Made by a program: the position numbers and the translations under genes. Shown here in pieces: positions 49,684 through 60,307 of a stretch of DNA of 64,000 bases. Within the stretch, counting starts at the first letter, position 1; each line of letters opens with the position of its first letter. Below the pieces are notes generated by a model, which worked only from the letters and a program-made list of their open reading frames with translations, did not search any database and was not told the origin of the DNA. This DNA is from Betaproteobacteria bacterium (GTDB taxonomy: Bacteria > Pseudomonadota > Gammaproteobacteria > Burkholderiales > Burkholderiaceae_C): contig JAGWMO010000003.1 in assembly GCA_028871675.1 (NCBI GenBank), positions 13,342-77,341 on the forward strand. The letters are read 5' to 3'.

Positions 49684-51327
49684 TTAGTGATCGATGGCCT
49701 CGCGCGAACGGGCCTGCTCGCGCAGCGCGAATTTCTGGATCTTGCCGGTGGAGGTCTTGGGCACCTCGCCGAACACCACCTTGCGCGGCACCTTGAAACC
49801 GGCCAGATGGAGCTTGCAAAAGGCCAGGATGTCTTCGGCCGTGGCGTGCGCGTCTGGCTTGCGCTCGATGAAGGCACAAGGCGTCTCGCCCCATGTCGCG
49901 TCGGGCATGGCGACGACCGCGGCGACCATCACGGCAGGATGACGGTACAGCACATCCTCCACCTCGATGCTGGAGATGTTTTCGCCGCCGGAGATGATGA
50001 TGTCCTTGCTGCGGTCCTTGATCTTGATGTAGCCGTCGGGGTCGACCACCGCCAGGTCGCCGGTGTGGAACCAGCCGCCACGAAAGGCCTCGGCCGTCGC
50101 CTGCGGGTTGCCCAGATAGCCCTTCATCATGATGTTGCCCTGGAACATGACTTCGCCCATGGTCTGGCCGTCATGCGGCACCGCCTCCAGGGTTTCGGCG
50201 TCGCGCACCGTGGCACCGTCCTGCAGGTGGTAGCGCACGCCCTGGCGCGCGTTCAGTCGGGCACGTTCAGGCAGCGGCAGCGATTCCCAATCGGCCTGCT
50301 TGGCGCACACCGTGGCCGGCCCGTAGACCTCGGTGAGGCCATACACATGCGTGAGCTCGAAGCCCATGGCCTCCAGGCCCTCGATCATCGCAGCCGGCGG
50401 CGCGGCACCCGCCACCATCGCCCGCACTTGTTGTGCGATGCCAACCTTCATTGGCGCCGGAGCGTTCACCAGCAGGCCGTGAACAATGGGGGCGCCGCAG
50501 TAGTGGGTCACGCCCTCGGTGCGCATGCGCTCGAAAATCGCCTGCGCCTCGACCTTGCGCAGACAGACGTTGATGCCGGCGCGCGCCGCCACCGTCCAGG
50601 GAAAACACCAGCCATTGCAATGGAACATCGGCAGGGTCCAGAGATACACCGGGTGACGCGGCATGTCCCATTCCAGAATGTTGGAGACCGCGTTGACATA
50701 GGCGCCGCGGTGCGAATAGACCACGCCCTTGGGCTTGCCGGTGGTGCCCGAGGTGTAGTTCAGCGCGATGGACTCCCATTCGTGCACCACGCCCGGCAAG
50801 GCATCGGCCGGGTCGCCCTCGGCCAGCAGCGCGTCGTAGTCCAGACTGCCGATGGACTCGCCCTGCATGACGAATTCGGGATCGGGCACGTCCACCACCA
50901 GCGGCGCCGGCAGGCCCTGCGCCACGGCCAAGTCCAGCGCCCGGCGCATCACGCCCGTCAGTTCGGCATCCACCAGCACCGCCTTGGCGCCGCCATGCAG
51001 CAGCATGTAGGCCAGGGCCTCGGCATCCAGCCGGGTGTTCAGCGCATTGAGCACCAGGCCGGCCAGCGGCACGCCGAAATGCGCCTCCACCATGGCCGGC
51101 ACATTGGGCAGCATCACCGCCACCACGTCGCCACGTCGCAAGCCGCGCCGCACCAGGCTGGAGGCCAGGCGCCGGCAGCGTTCGCGCATCTGCCCCCAGG
51201 TGCGGCGCAGCCCGCCATGGGCAATGGCCACGCGCTTGGGGTACAGGTCGGCGGCGCGGTCGAGAAAAATCAGCGGCGTGAGCGGCGCATGGTTGGCTGC
51301 GTTGGGCAAGAGGTCAGTGTCGTTCAT
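49684..51327 (-). CDS. AMP-forming acyl-CoA synthetase
   Basis: ATG at 51327 is preceded by GGAGA. AMP-binding motif YTSGTTGKPKGV, plus GWFHTGD and IISGGENI. Confidence 0.85.
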   Translation of the reverse strand: MNDTDLLPNAANHAPLTPLIFLDRAADLYPKRVAIAHGGLRRTWGQMRERCRRLASSLVRRGLRRGDVVAVMLPNVPAMVEAHFGVPLAGLVLNALNTRLDAEALAYMLLHGGAKAVLVDAELTGVMRRALDLAVAQGLPAPLVVDVPDPEFVMQGESIGSLDYDALLAEGDPADALPGVVHEWESIALNYTSGTTGKPKGVVYSHRGAYVNAVSNILEWDMPRHPVYLWTLPMFHCNGWCFPWTVAARAGINVCLRKVEAQAIFERMRTEGVTHYCGAPIVHGLLVNAPAPMKVGIAQQVRAMVAGAAPPAAMIEGLEAMGFELTHVYGLTEVYGPATVCAKQADWESLPLPERARLNARQGVRYHLQDGATVRDAETLEAVPHDGQTMGEVMFQGNIMMKGYLGNPQATAEAFRGGWFHTGDLAVVDPDGYIKIKDRSKDIIISGGENISSIEVEDVLYRHPAVMVAAVVAMPDATWGETPCAFIERKPDAHATAEDILAFCKLHLAGFKVPRKVVFGEVPKTSTGKIQKFALREQARSREAIDH

Positions 51328-51424
51328 GCGGGTCTCCGTTGTTGTCTTTGGCGCCATGCTGCGCCTTCTGCCTTGCTGCGAACTTGCGCGATGGACACTC
51401 CGTGCTGCGGCTCATTGCGGCACC

Positions 51425-52357
51425 TCAGTCGTCCAGGCCCGCCAGCACGCGCACATGCGCGGCGACGCTGCGGCCCAGGGCGCTCAGGTTGTAGCCGCCT
51501 TCCAGACAGGAAACGATGCGCCCCGCGCACACCTCGGCCGCCAGCTCGCACAGCGCACGGGTGATCCAGGCGTAATCGGCCTCCACCAGGCCCATCTGGC
51601 CGAGGTCGTCTTCGCGGTGGGCATCGAAACCGGCGGAGATGAACAGCATTTGCGGCGCAAAAGCGCGCAGGCGCGGCAGCCACTGCTGCTGCACCACCTC
51701 GCGCACCCGAGCGCCGTTGCTGTAGGCCGGCAGCGGCACGTTGAGCATGTTGGCGGCCGGTTGTTCGGTGCCGCTGTACGGGTAGAAGGGATGCTGGAAA
51801 AAACTGGTCATGAGCACCCGTGCATCGCCACTGAAAATATCTTCCGTGCCGTTGCCGTGGTGCACGTCGAAATCGACGATAGCCACGCGCTCCAGCCCAC
51901 GCTTGTCCAGCGCATGGCGCGCCGCCACCGCCACGTTGTTGACGAAGCAAAAACCCATGGCCTGCGCACGCATGGCGTGGTGGCCCGGCGGGCGAATGGC
52001 ACAGAACGCGTTGTCGAGGCTGCCGTCCAGCACCGCGTCGGTCGCCGCGATGGCCGCCCCGGTGGCGCGGCGTATGGCCTGCCAGGTCTGCGGGTTCATC
52101 GCCGTATCGGGGTCGATCCAGGCATAACCGGCCTCGATGCGACCGGCCTCGCGCAGTCCTGAAACCAGGGCGGCGCTGTGCGCCAGCTCCATCGCCGGTT
52201 CGTCCGCCAGCGGCACCGAAGGGCGCAGCAGCGCCCAGTCCAGGCCGCTGGCCATGAGCCGGTCGTCGATCGCGGCCAGGCGTTGCGGACTTTCGGGATG
52301 ATCCGCGCCCATCTCGTGCAGGCTGCAATCGGGGTGGGTGTAATACCCGGTGCGCAT
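51425..52357 (-). CDS. histone deacetylase-family (acetoin/acetylpolyamine-type) amidohydrolase
   Basis: ATG at 52357 is preceded by AAGGAGA. Motifs HPESPQRL, RPPGHHA and DFDVHHGNGT. Confidence 0.85.
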   Translation of the reverse strand: MRTGYYTHPDCSLHEMGADHPESPQRLAAIDDRLMASGLDWALLRPSVPLADEPAMELAHSAALVSGLREAGRIEAGYAWIDPDTAMNPQTWQAIRRATGAAIAATDAVLDGSLDNAFCAIRPPGHHAMRAQAMGFCFVNNVAVAARHALDKRGLERVAIVDFDVHHGNGTEDIFSGDARVLMTSFFQHPFYPYSGTEQPAANMLNVPLPAYSNGARVREVVQQQWLPRLRAFAPQMLFISAGFDAHREDDLGQMGLVEADYAWITRALCELAAEVCAGRIVSCLEGGYNLSALGRSVAAHVRVLAGLDD

Positions 52358-52487
52358 GGGGTCTCCTTGCGATTCAACGTCGGACATCGGACGATCGTCC
52401 ATGCCCCGCACCCAGCCGATTCCAGAGTGCGTAGGCACAATGCTGGTTCATTGTGCTACGGCGGTTCGCGCCGCGTTCTCCACCCCT

Positions 52488-53408
52488 ATGAACCCCCAAC
52501 TCGCCGCCCTGGTGGCCCAGATCGACACCGTGCTGGTCGGCAAGCATGTGCAATCCCGGCTGGCGGTGTGCTGCCTGCTGGCGGGCGGACATTTGCTGAT
52601 CGAAGACCTCCCCGGCGTCGGCAAAACCACCCTGGCCCACACCCTGGCCCACACCTTCGGGCTGGAGTTCTCGCGCGTGCAGTTCACCGCCGACCTCATG
52701 CCCGGCGACCTGCTCGGCGTCACCGTCTACGACCGCAACACCGGCGCCTTCACCTTTCATCCCGGCCCGGTGTTCACCCAGGTCCTGCTGACCGACGAAA
52801 TCAATCGCGCCCCGCCCAAGACGCAAAGCGCCTTGCTGGAGGCGATGGAAGAACGCCAGGTGAGCATCGACGGTGCCACCCGGACACTGCCTTCGCCGTT
52901 TTTCGTCATCGCCACACAGAACCCGCACGACCAGCGCGGCACCTACGCCCTGCCCGAGTCCCAGCTCGACCGCTTTCTCATGTGCCTGTCGCTTGGTTAC
53001 CCCGACGCCGCCGCCGAGCGCGCGCTGCTGCTGGGCGAAGACCGTCGCAGCCTGCTGGCCCGCCTGCCCGCCCTGCTCAACGTCACCACGCTGGCCGCAT
53101 TGCAGCAGCAGGCGCAAGCCGTGCATGTCGCCGCACCGCTGGTGGACTATGTGCAGCGCCTGCTCGCCGCCACGCGCGACCCGCGCCGCTTCGCCGAAGG
53201 CCTGAGTCCCCGCGCCGGCCTGGCCCTGTTGCGCGCCAGCCGTGCCCACGCCCTGCTGCAAGGGCGCGATTACTGCAGCCCGGAAGACGTGCAGACCGTG
53301 CTCCCGGCCATCGCCGTGCACCGCCTGCACCCGGCGGCCGAAACCGCAGGCTCGCGCGACGCCGTGCTCGGGCAGATCGCCGAGTTGCTGCGGCAGGTGC
53401 CGATCTGA
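52488..53408 (+). CDS. MoxR-family AAA+ ATPase
   Basis: Walker A DLPGVGKTTLA, Walker B/sensor LLTDEINRAPPKTQSALLEAMEE, and ATQNP. Confidence 0.85.
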   Translation: MNPQLAALVAQIDTVLVGKHVQSRLAVCCLLAGGHLLIEDLPGVGKTTLAHTLAHTFGLEFSRVQFTADLMPGDLLGVTVYDRNTGAFTFHPGPVFTQVLLTDEINRAPPKTQSALLEAMEERQVSIDGATRTLPSPFFVIATQNPHDQRGTYALPESQLDRFLMCLSLGYPDAAAERALLLGEDRRSLLARLPALLNVTTLAALQQQAQAVHVAAPLVDYVQRLLAATRDPRRFAEGLSPRAGLALLRASRAHALLQGRDYCSPEDVQTVLPAIAVHRLHPAAETAGSRDAVLGQIAELLRQVPI

Positions 53409-53578
53409 AGCGCCGAGCCCGGCATGCGGTGCTTGACTGTCCTCCCTCAGGCGATCTCGCCTTTCCTGATGTTTCTGCTGTCTGTGCCGCTCGCCTCCCA
53501 AGCCATGTTTGCGCCACCCGCACCGTTTGCGCACCTGGACCGGGCGGCAGCACAACCCCTCACCCTGCGGAGCCCACG

Positions 53579-54637
53579 TTGAGCAAACCCGCCGCCAGCA
53601 CGCTCGAAGCGCGCCGACTCGGGCCCGGCAGACGCACCGCGTCAGGACCTCGCCCGCCTGCGCCCAACAGTCTGCGCGAGCGCTTCGGCCGCTGGGCGCT
53701 GGCGCGGCACGAGCCCGGGGTGCAAACCCTGCTGGGGCATCGCAACGTCTACATCCTGCCCACGCGTGCCGGCTGGTTCTTCGCCCTCACCCTGCTCGTG
53801 CTTCTGGTTGCGGCCATCAACTACCAGCTCAACCTCGGCTACCTGCTCACCTTCCTGCTCGCGGGCAGCGCCCTGGTGTCGCTGCACATCACCCACAACA
53901 ATGTGCGCGGCTTGACCCTCGCCGCGCGCATGCCTGACGACGCCCAGCTCTACGCCGGCCAGGCCGCCGCGCTGCGCCTGCAGCTGCATAGCCCCGGGCG
54001 CCAGCGCTGGGGCCTGCAGCTTGCCGCCGGACGCCAGGGCTGGCATGCGTTGGACGTGGGGCGCGATGCCACCGCCGATTTCGCCTTGCCCTGGACGCCA
54101 CCCGCGCGCGGGCATCAGCCCTGGCCGACACTGCGGATCGAGAGCCGCTATCCGCTCGGCCTCTGGCGCGCCTGGAGCGTGTGGCGACCCGGCGCCGCAC
54201 TTTGGGTCTATCCGCAACCCGAGAACCCGCCGCCACCGCTGCCCGCGCAGCACCAGGTTCGCCGCGAAGGCCAGGTGCCGACGCGCCAGGTTTTCGGCGA
54301 CGAACTCGACGAGCTGCGCCCCTACCGCCGCGGCGACCCCTTGCGCCATGTGGTGTGGAAAAAAGCCGCGAGCGACGACCTCGTCGTGCGCGCCGCCACC
54401 CCCGCCACGGCCCAGCCCGAGCGCTGGCTCGACTGGTCCGATCTGCCCGCCGCACAGCCGCTCGAGGCGCGACTGTCGCGCCTGTGCGCCTGGGTGCTGG
54501 CGGCCGCGCAGGCGCCCCAGCCCTACGGCCTGCGCCTGCCCGGCCGCAACGTTCCTCCGGGGCATGGCCCCGCGCACGCGCGCCGGTGCCTGCGCACTCT
54601 GGCCGGCTACGGCCTGACTGACACTGCCGTCGATTGA
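53579..54637 (+). CDS. DUF58 protein (VWA-like); start uncertain (TTG at 53579, no in-frame ATG)
   Basis: The 3' part of the 52178..54637 frame carries NVYILPTRAGWFFALTLLVLLVAAINYQLNLGYLLTFLL and ELRPYRRGDPLRHVVWK, typical of DUF58. Confidence 0.65.
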   Translation: MSKPAASTLEARRLGPGRRTASGPRPPAPNSLRERFGRWALARHEPGVQTLLGHRNVYILPTRAGWFFALTLLVLLVAAINYQLNLGYLLTFLLAGSALVSLHITHNNVRGLTLAARMPDDAQLYAGQAAALRLQLHSPGRQRWGLQLAAGRQGWHALDVGRDATADFALPWTPPARGHQPWPTLRIESRYPLGLWRAWSVWRPGAALWVYPQPENPPPPLPAQHQVRREGQVPTRQVFGDELDELRPYRRGDPLRHVVWKKAASDDLVVRAATPATAQPERWLDWSDLPAAQPLEARLSRLCAWVLAAAQAPQPYGLRLPGRNVPPGHGPAHARRCLRTLAGYGLTDTAVD

Positions 54638-54641
54638 TGCC

Positions 54642-56747
54642 ATGCAGACCATTCCACCGCCGCTGCGCACCACGACCCGATGGCTTGCCCATCTGCGCGG
54701 CTTGCCACGCGACGCCCGCGACACGCTGTTCCTGCTCGCCGTCGCCGCCATCACCCTGGTGCCGCTGGCCGGACACCTGCCGGGCTGGGCGGTGGCGGGG
54801 TCTGGCGGCTTGCTGGCGTGGCGCGCCGTGCTCGCTGGACGCGGCCGGCCGCTGCCCTCGCGCTGGTGGCTGGCGCTGTTGCTCATCCTCGGCGTGGCGG
54901 GCGCCTTGCTGCAATTCCACACCATCTTCGGGCGCGATCCGGGCATCACCCTCGTCAGCCTGCTGCTCGGGCTCAAGGCACTGGAAACGCGCAACCGTCG
55001 CGACGCCTATGTGCTGTTCTACCTCGGCTTTTTCGGCGTCTCGGCCAACTTCCTGTACTCGCAATCGGCCCTCACCGCCGGCTGGATGTTGCTGGCCACG
55101 GCGGGTTGGATCACCGCCCTGATCAACGCCAACCTGCCCGCCGGCGAACCGCCGCTGCGCCAGCGCCTGTGGCTCACGACCAAGCTGCTGGCATTCGGCA
55201 CGCCGGCCATGGTCGTGCTGTTCCTGCTGTTCCCGCGCTTCGCCGGGCCCCTGTGGGCGCTGCCGAGTTCAGCGTCCAACGCCACCGGGTTGTCCGACCA
55301 GATGGACGCCGGCTCCATCGCCAGCCTGGCGCGCGACGACAGCGTGGCGTTTCGTGTCGAGTTTCTCGGCCCCCGTCCGCCCGAGCGCGAACTGTACTGG
55401 CGCGGCCCGGTGCTCACCCACTTCAACGGCCGGCAATGGAGTCCGCTGCCCGTCAGCCCGCAAGCGATATCCGCGGGACTCGACCAGCCGCGCAATGTCC
55501 GCACCGAAGGCCCCGGCGTCCGCTACGCCGTCACGCTGCAACCCTCGCAGCAGCCCTTCATCTTCGCGCTCGACGCCGCCGAGGGCGCTCCCGTGCTCGA
55601 CGGCCAGGCACAGACCGACGTGACCCAGCTCGCCAACCTGGAGCTGCGCGCCAGCCGGCCCATCACACGGCTCACGCGCTACGACATCACCTCCTACCCG
55701 CGCTTCAGCTACGGACCGCGCCGACTGAGCCCGCGCCTCAAGGCCGATCTGCAACTGCCTTCCGGCGACAACCCGCGCACCGTCGCCCTGGGTGAGCGCT
55801 TCGCCCGCCAGGCGCAGGCGGATGGCGGCGGCCCACCGCAGGTGGCGCAGGCCGTGCTGCAGATGTTTCGCCGCGAGCCCTTCCACTACAGCCTGAACCC
55901 CGGCGCCTACCCCGGACGCAACCAGATCGACGACTTTCTGTTCGACCGCCGCGTCGGCTTTTGCGAGCACTATGCCCAGGCCTTCGTCGTGCTCCTGCGC
56001 GCCGCCGGCATACCGGCGCGCATCGTCACCGGTTACCAGGGCGGACGCGAAAACCCCATCGACCACACCTGGGTGGTGCGCCAGAGCGATGCCCATGCCT
56101 GGGCCGAATACTGGGTGGCTGGGCGCGGCTGGCTGCGCGCGGACCCCACCGCCATGGTCGACCCCTCCCGCATCGACCGCAGCGGACAGACCCTCGCTGC
56201 GCGCGAGCCGCTGCTCGGCATTGCCGCTTTGGGCCCGCGCGACGCCGCGTTGCTGCTGCGGCTGCGCAACCTGAGCGATGCGCTCAACAACGCCTGGAAC
56301 CAATGGGTGCTGGACTACGGCCAAACCCGGCAGAGCAACCTGCTGCGCAGGCTCGGCATGGCGCAGCCCAACTGGGCGCAGCTCTCCGCGCTGGCGGTTG
56401 CCGCGCTCAGTCTGGCCGTCAGCCTCATGGGGCTGTTGCTGGTGTGGGAGCGCCGCAAGACCGACCCCTGGGATGCCACCTACGCTGCGCTGCGCGCGCG
56501 ACTGAGCCAAGCCGGCATCACCTGCGCCCCGTCCGATGCCCCAGCGGCGCTGGCCGCGCGTCTGCGCCGGAGCGCACTGGCGCCCGCCGCCGTCACCGAA
56601 GCCTGCGCCCTGCTCGATGCCCTGGAGCGCTGGCGCTACGCCCGAGCCGACACCGATCAGGCTCGAACCCAGCGGCAACACCTGCGCCAACTGCGCCGCC
56701 GCATGGCCCGGCTGCGGCTGCAGCCCGGCCTGGCCGGCCAGAGCTGA
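54642..56747 (+). CDS. TgpA-like membrane transglutaminase (DUF3488 + transglutaminase core + DUF4129-like tail)
   Basis: N-terminal TM bundle. Catalytic Cys in GFCEHYAQAFVVLLRAAGIPARIVTGY, then HAWAEYW and ..RADPT. Confidence 0.8.
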   Translation: MQTIPPPLRTTTRWLAHLRGLPRDARDTLFLLAVAAITLVPLAGHLPGWAVAGSGGLLAWRAVLAGRGRPLPSRWWLALLLILGVAGALLQFHTIFGRDPGITLVSLLLGLKALETRNRRDAYVLFYLGFFGVSANFLYSQSALTAGWMLLATAGWITALINANLPAGEPPLRQRLWLTTKLLAFGTPAMVVLFLLFPRFAGPLWALPSSASNATGLSDQMDAGSIASLARDDSVAFRVEFLGPRPPERELYWRGPVLTHFNGRQWSPLPVSPQAISAGLDQPRNVRTEGPGVRYAVTLQPSQQPFIFALDAAEGAPVLDGQAQTDVTQLANLELRASRPITRLTRYDITSYPRFSYGPRRLSPRLKADLQLPSGDNPRTVALGERFARQAQADGGGPPQVAQAVLQMFRREPFHYSLNPGAYPGRNQIDDFLFDRRVGFCEHYAQAFVVLLRAAGIPARIVTGYQGGRENPIDHTWVVRQSDAHAWAEYWVAGRGWLRADPTAMVDPSRIDRSGQTLAAREPLLGIAALGPRDAALLLRLRNLSDALNNAWNQWVLDYGQTRQSNLLRRLGMAQPNWAQLSALAVAALSLAVSLMGLLLVWERRKTDPWDATYAALRARLSQAGITCAPSDAPAALAARLRRSALAPAAVTEACALLDALERWRYARADTDQARTQRQHLRQLRRRMARLRLQPGLAGQS

Positions 56748-56775
56748 GGCCCGGCGCCCATTCGCACCACCCGGC

Positions 56776-57524
<749 letters not shown>

Positions 57525-57528
<4 letters not shown>

Positions 57529-58358
57529 GCCTCACCCCCAGCCGCGGCCAGATGGGCAGGCGGCGAAACCGGCGCCGGAAGGTCGTCTTCGTCGTCGTCC
57601 TTGCCGAGATACGCCTCGATGACTTGCGGGTGGTTGCGAATGTGTTCCGGCGAGCCTTCGGCGATCTTGCGCCCGAAGTTGATGCAGACGATGCTGTCGG
57701 TCACGTTCATCACCACGTTCATGTCGTGCTCCACCAGCAAGACGCTGATGCCCTGGTCACGCACCGCCAGTATGGTGCGGTTCAGCGCGGCGGATTCCTG
57801 GTCGTTCAGGCCCGCCGCCGGTTCATCGAGGATCAGCAGCCTGGGCTTGGCGATCAGGGCTCGCGCCAGTTCCACCCGGCGCTGCAGGCCGTAGGGCAGG
57901 GACGCCACGTCCTCGTCGGCCACCGCGTCGAGTTCGAGCCGCGTCAGCAGCTCGCGCACCTTGGCGCGCAGTTCCACCTCTTCGCGGCGCTGAGACGGCG
58001 TGCCCAGCAAGCCCTGCCACCAATGCTGGCGCGTTTGCAAGTGCAGGCCCGCCAGCACATTCACCAGCACCGTCTGGCCGTAGAACAGCCGGATGGTCTG
58101 GAAGGTGCGGAAAATGCCGGCGCGGGCAATGCGGTGGGGCGCCCATCCGGTGATGTCCCGGCCATCCAGTTCGATGCGCCCTTCGGAAGGTTTGTAGACC
58201 CCGGTGATGAGGTTGAACGCCGTGGTCTTGCCCGCGCCGTTCGGCCCGATCAGCCCGACCACCTGCCCTTGCTCGACGGAGAAGCTCAGGTCGCCCACCG
58301 CCTGCAAACCGCCGAAGCGAATGCCCACGCCGTCCAGGCGCAACAGCGCGTCACTCAT
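57525..58358 (-). CDS. livG: branched-chain amino acid ABC transporter ATP-binding protein
   Basis: Motifs [24 protein letters not shown] and LILDEPAAG. Confidence 0.88.
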
Positions 58359-59302
58359 TCGTTCGCCTCCTGCCGCTGGGCGCGCGGCCAGATGCCCTGC
58401 GGGCGCAGCACCATCACCACCACCATGGCGATGCCGAACACGAAGTAGCGGTACTGCGCGAAACCGCGGAAGGCCTGGGGCACGACGAACATCAGCACCG
58501 TGCCGAGCAGGACGCCGGGAATCGATCCCTGCCCGCCCACCAGCACGATGGCGAACAGCGTCACCGATTCGGTGAACACAAAAGCGCCGGGGCTCACCGC
58601 CGCCATCAGCGTGGCGAACAGCGTGCCGCCGAAACCGGCCAGACCTGCGCCCAGTGCGAAAGCCAGCACGCGGTAGGCGCGCGCATCGATGCCCATGGTC
58701 GTCGCGGCGAGCTGGTCGTGCTTGATGTAGAACAGCGTGCGGCCGAGGTGGGAGCGGTCGAGGTTGCGCACCAGCAGCAGCACCGCCGCGAACGCCAGCC
58801 AGTCGAGCCAGAACTGCGCGTTCTGGCTGGTGAGCTGCCAGCCGAACAGGCTGGGCACGCCGATGCCGAAAAGACCGTCGGCCCCACCCGTGAGATGGCC
58901 GACGTTGTTGTCCAGCGCCAGAATGAAAATGGCGTTGAAGCCGATGGTCGCCACCAGCAGGTAGTCGCCGCGCAGCTTCACGATGGGTGCCGCCAGCAGC
59001 GCGCCGACGAGGGCCGCAGCCAGAACCGCCAGCGGCCAGGTGGCGAAGATGGGCCAGTTGAACTGCGTGTTGAGCACGGCCGTGACATACGCGCCCACAC
59101 CGAAGTACACCGCATGCCCCATGTCGAACATGCCCGCCCGCCCCAGCACGATGTCCTGGCTCAGGGCGACGATGGCATACACCGCGAACAGCGAGGCGAT
59201 GAACACCCAGGTCTGGTCGAGCCCGAACGGCACCGCCAGCCCCAGCAGCCAGAGCACCGCGCCGACCCAGGGATTGCGCAACAGCGCAAGGATTGGTTTC
59301 AT
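58355..59302 (-). CDS. livM: branched-chain amino acid ABC transporter permease
   Basis: ATG at 59302 ([12 protein letters not shown]...). 316 aa, polytopic. The upstream part of ORF 58355..60256 is out-of-frame overlap with livH. Confidence 0.85.
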   Translation of the reverse strand: MKPILALLRNPWVGAVLWLLGLAVPFGLDQTWVFIASLFAVYAIVALSQDIVLGRAGMFDMGHAVYFGVGAYVTAVLNTQFNWPIFATWPLAVLAAALVGALLAAPIVKLRGDYLLVATIGFNAIFILALDNNVGHLTGGADGLFGIGVPSLFGWQLTSQNAQFWLDWLAFAAVLLLVRNLDRSHLGRTLFYIKHDQLAATTMGIDARAYRVLAFALGAGLAGFGGTLFATLMAAVSPGAFVFTESVTLFAIVLVGGQGSIPGVLLGTVLMFVVPQAFRGFAQYRYFVFGIAMVVVMVLRPQGIWPRAQRQEANE

Positions 59303-60204
59303 ACCTTCTCCGCCACGCGTTCGCCCAGCAGCCCGGACGGCCGCACCAGCAGGATGCCGATCAGCAGAGCGAAGGTGATGGCCTCCTGCCACGAACTCGA
59401 CACGAAACCCGCGGCAAAGGCGTTGAACAGCCCCAGCAGCACCCCGCCGAGCATGGCCCCGGGAATGTTGCCGATGCCGCCGATGATGGCGGCGATGAAG
59501 GCGTTGAGTCCGTAGGTCCAGCCCATCGTGAAGTACACCTGCCGGTAATACAGGCCGATGAACAGACCACCCACCGCGCCGATGGCCGGGCCGATGATGA
59601 ACACGCTGGAAATCACCCGATTGACGTTGATGCCCATCAGCCGAGCCGCATCCTGGTCGCTGGCTGCCGCGCGCATCGCCGTGCCGTAGCGCGTGTGGTG
59701 CACGAACCAGTACAGGACGGCCATGAGCACGGCCGAGCCCAGCATGATCAGCACCTGCACCAGATCGATGCGGGCGCCGCCGAAGGTCCAATGCATGGCC
59801 GGCAGCAGATTGCTCGGGAACACCTTGAGCTGAGGCCCCCAGATGAGCATGATGCCGTTCTCGATGAACAGCGAGGCGCCCAGCGCCGAGACCACGGCCG
59901 AGAGCCGGTCGGCCTTGCGCAGCGGCCTGTAGGCCGTGAACTCCAGCACCAGACCGGCAGCGGCAACGACCACGGCCGCCAGGATGAACGCCGCCCCCAC
60001 CAGCAGCAAATGACCCTGCCCGCTGCCGGCCCCCGAGCCCAGGGCGACGAGGCCGATGTAGGCGCCAAAAATGCACAGATCGCCATGGGCGAAATTGATC
60101 AGCCTGAGCACACCGTAGACCATGGTGTAGCCCAGCGCGATCAGGGCATAGATGCCACCAACCGTCAGACCGTTGACCAGTTGCTGCAGCACGATGCTCG
60201 GCAT
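59299..60204 (-). CDS. livH: branched-chain amino acid ABC transporter permease
   Basis: 301 aa. LQQLVNGLTVGGIYALIALGYTMVYG is a typical LivH N-terminus. Confidence 0.88.
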   Translation of the reverse strand: MPSIVLQQLVNGLTVGGIYALIALGYTMVYGVLRLINFAHGDLCIFGAYIGLVALGSGAGSGQGHLLLVGAAFILAAVVVAAAGLVLEFTAYRPLRKADRLSAVVSALGASLFIENGIMLIWGPQLKVFPSNLLPAMHWTFGGARIDLVQVLIMLGSAVLMAVLYWFVHHTRYGTAMRAAASDQDAARLMGINVNRVISSVFIIGPAIGAVGGLFIGLYYRQVYFTMGWTYGLNAFIAAIIGGIGNIPGAMLGGVLLGLFNAFAAGFVSSSWQEAITFALLIGILLVRPSGLLGERVAEKV

Positions 60205-60307
60205 GCGCGCGTCTCCTTATTCTTGTTTTGATGCGAGGCTGTCGTGGCGCGCACACGTCCGCACCACGACCGCCCTCCTGCCCCTGTGCCGGGGCTCGGA
60301 TGGATGT

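Noticed and set aside
52178-54637. 819-aa plus-strand ORF
   Set aside because: A composite open frame. Its first ~470 codons are antisense to the HDAC-like gene or out of frame with MoxR, and are Arg/Pro/Ala-rich. Only the 3' third (DUF58) is credible.
58355-60256. 633-aa minus-strand ORF covering livM and livH
   Set aside because: The upstream two-thirds is an alternative frame of livH with Arg/Gly-rich nonsense sequence. The real livM begins at the ATG at 59302 (MKPILALL...), overlapping the livH stop.
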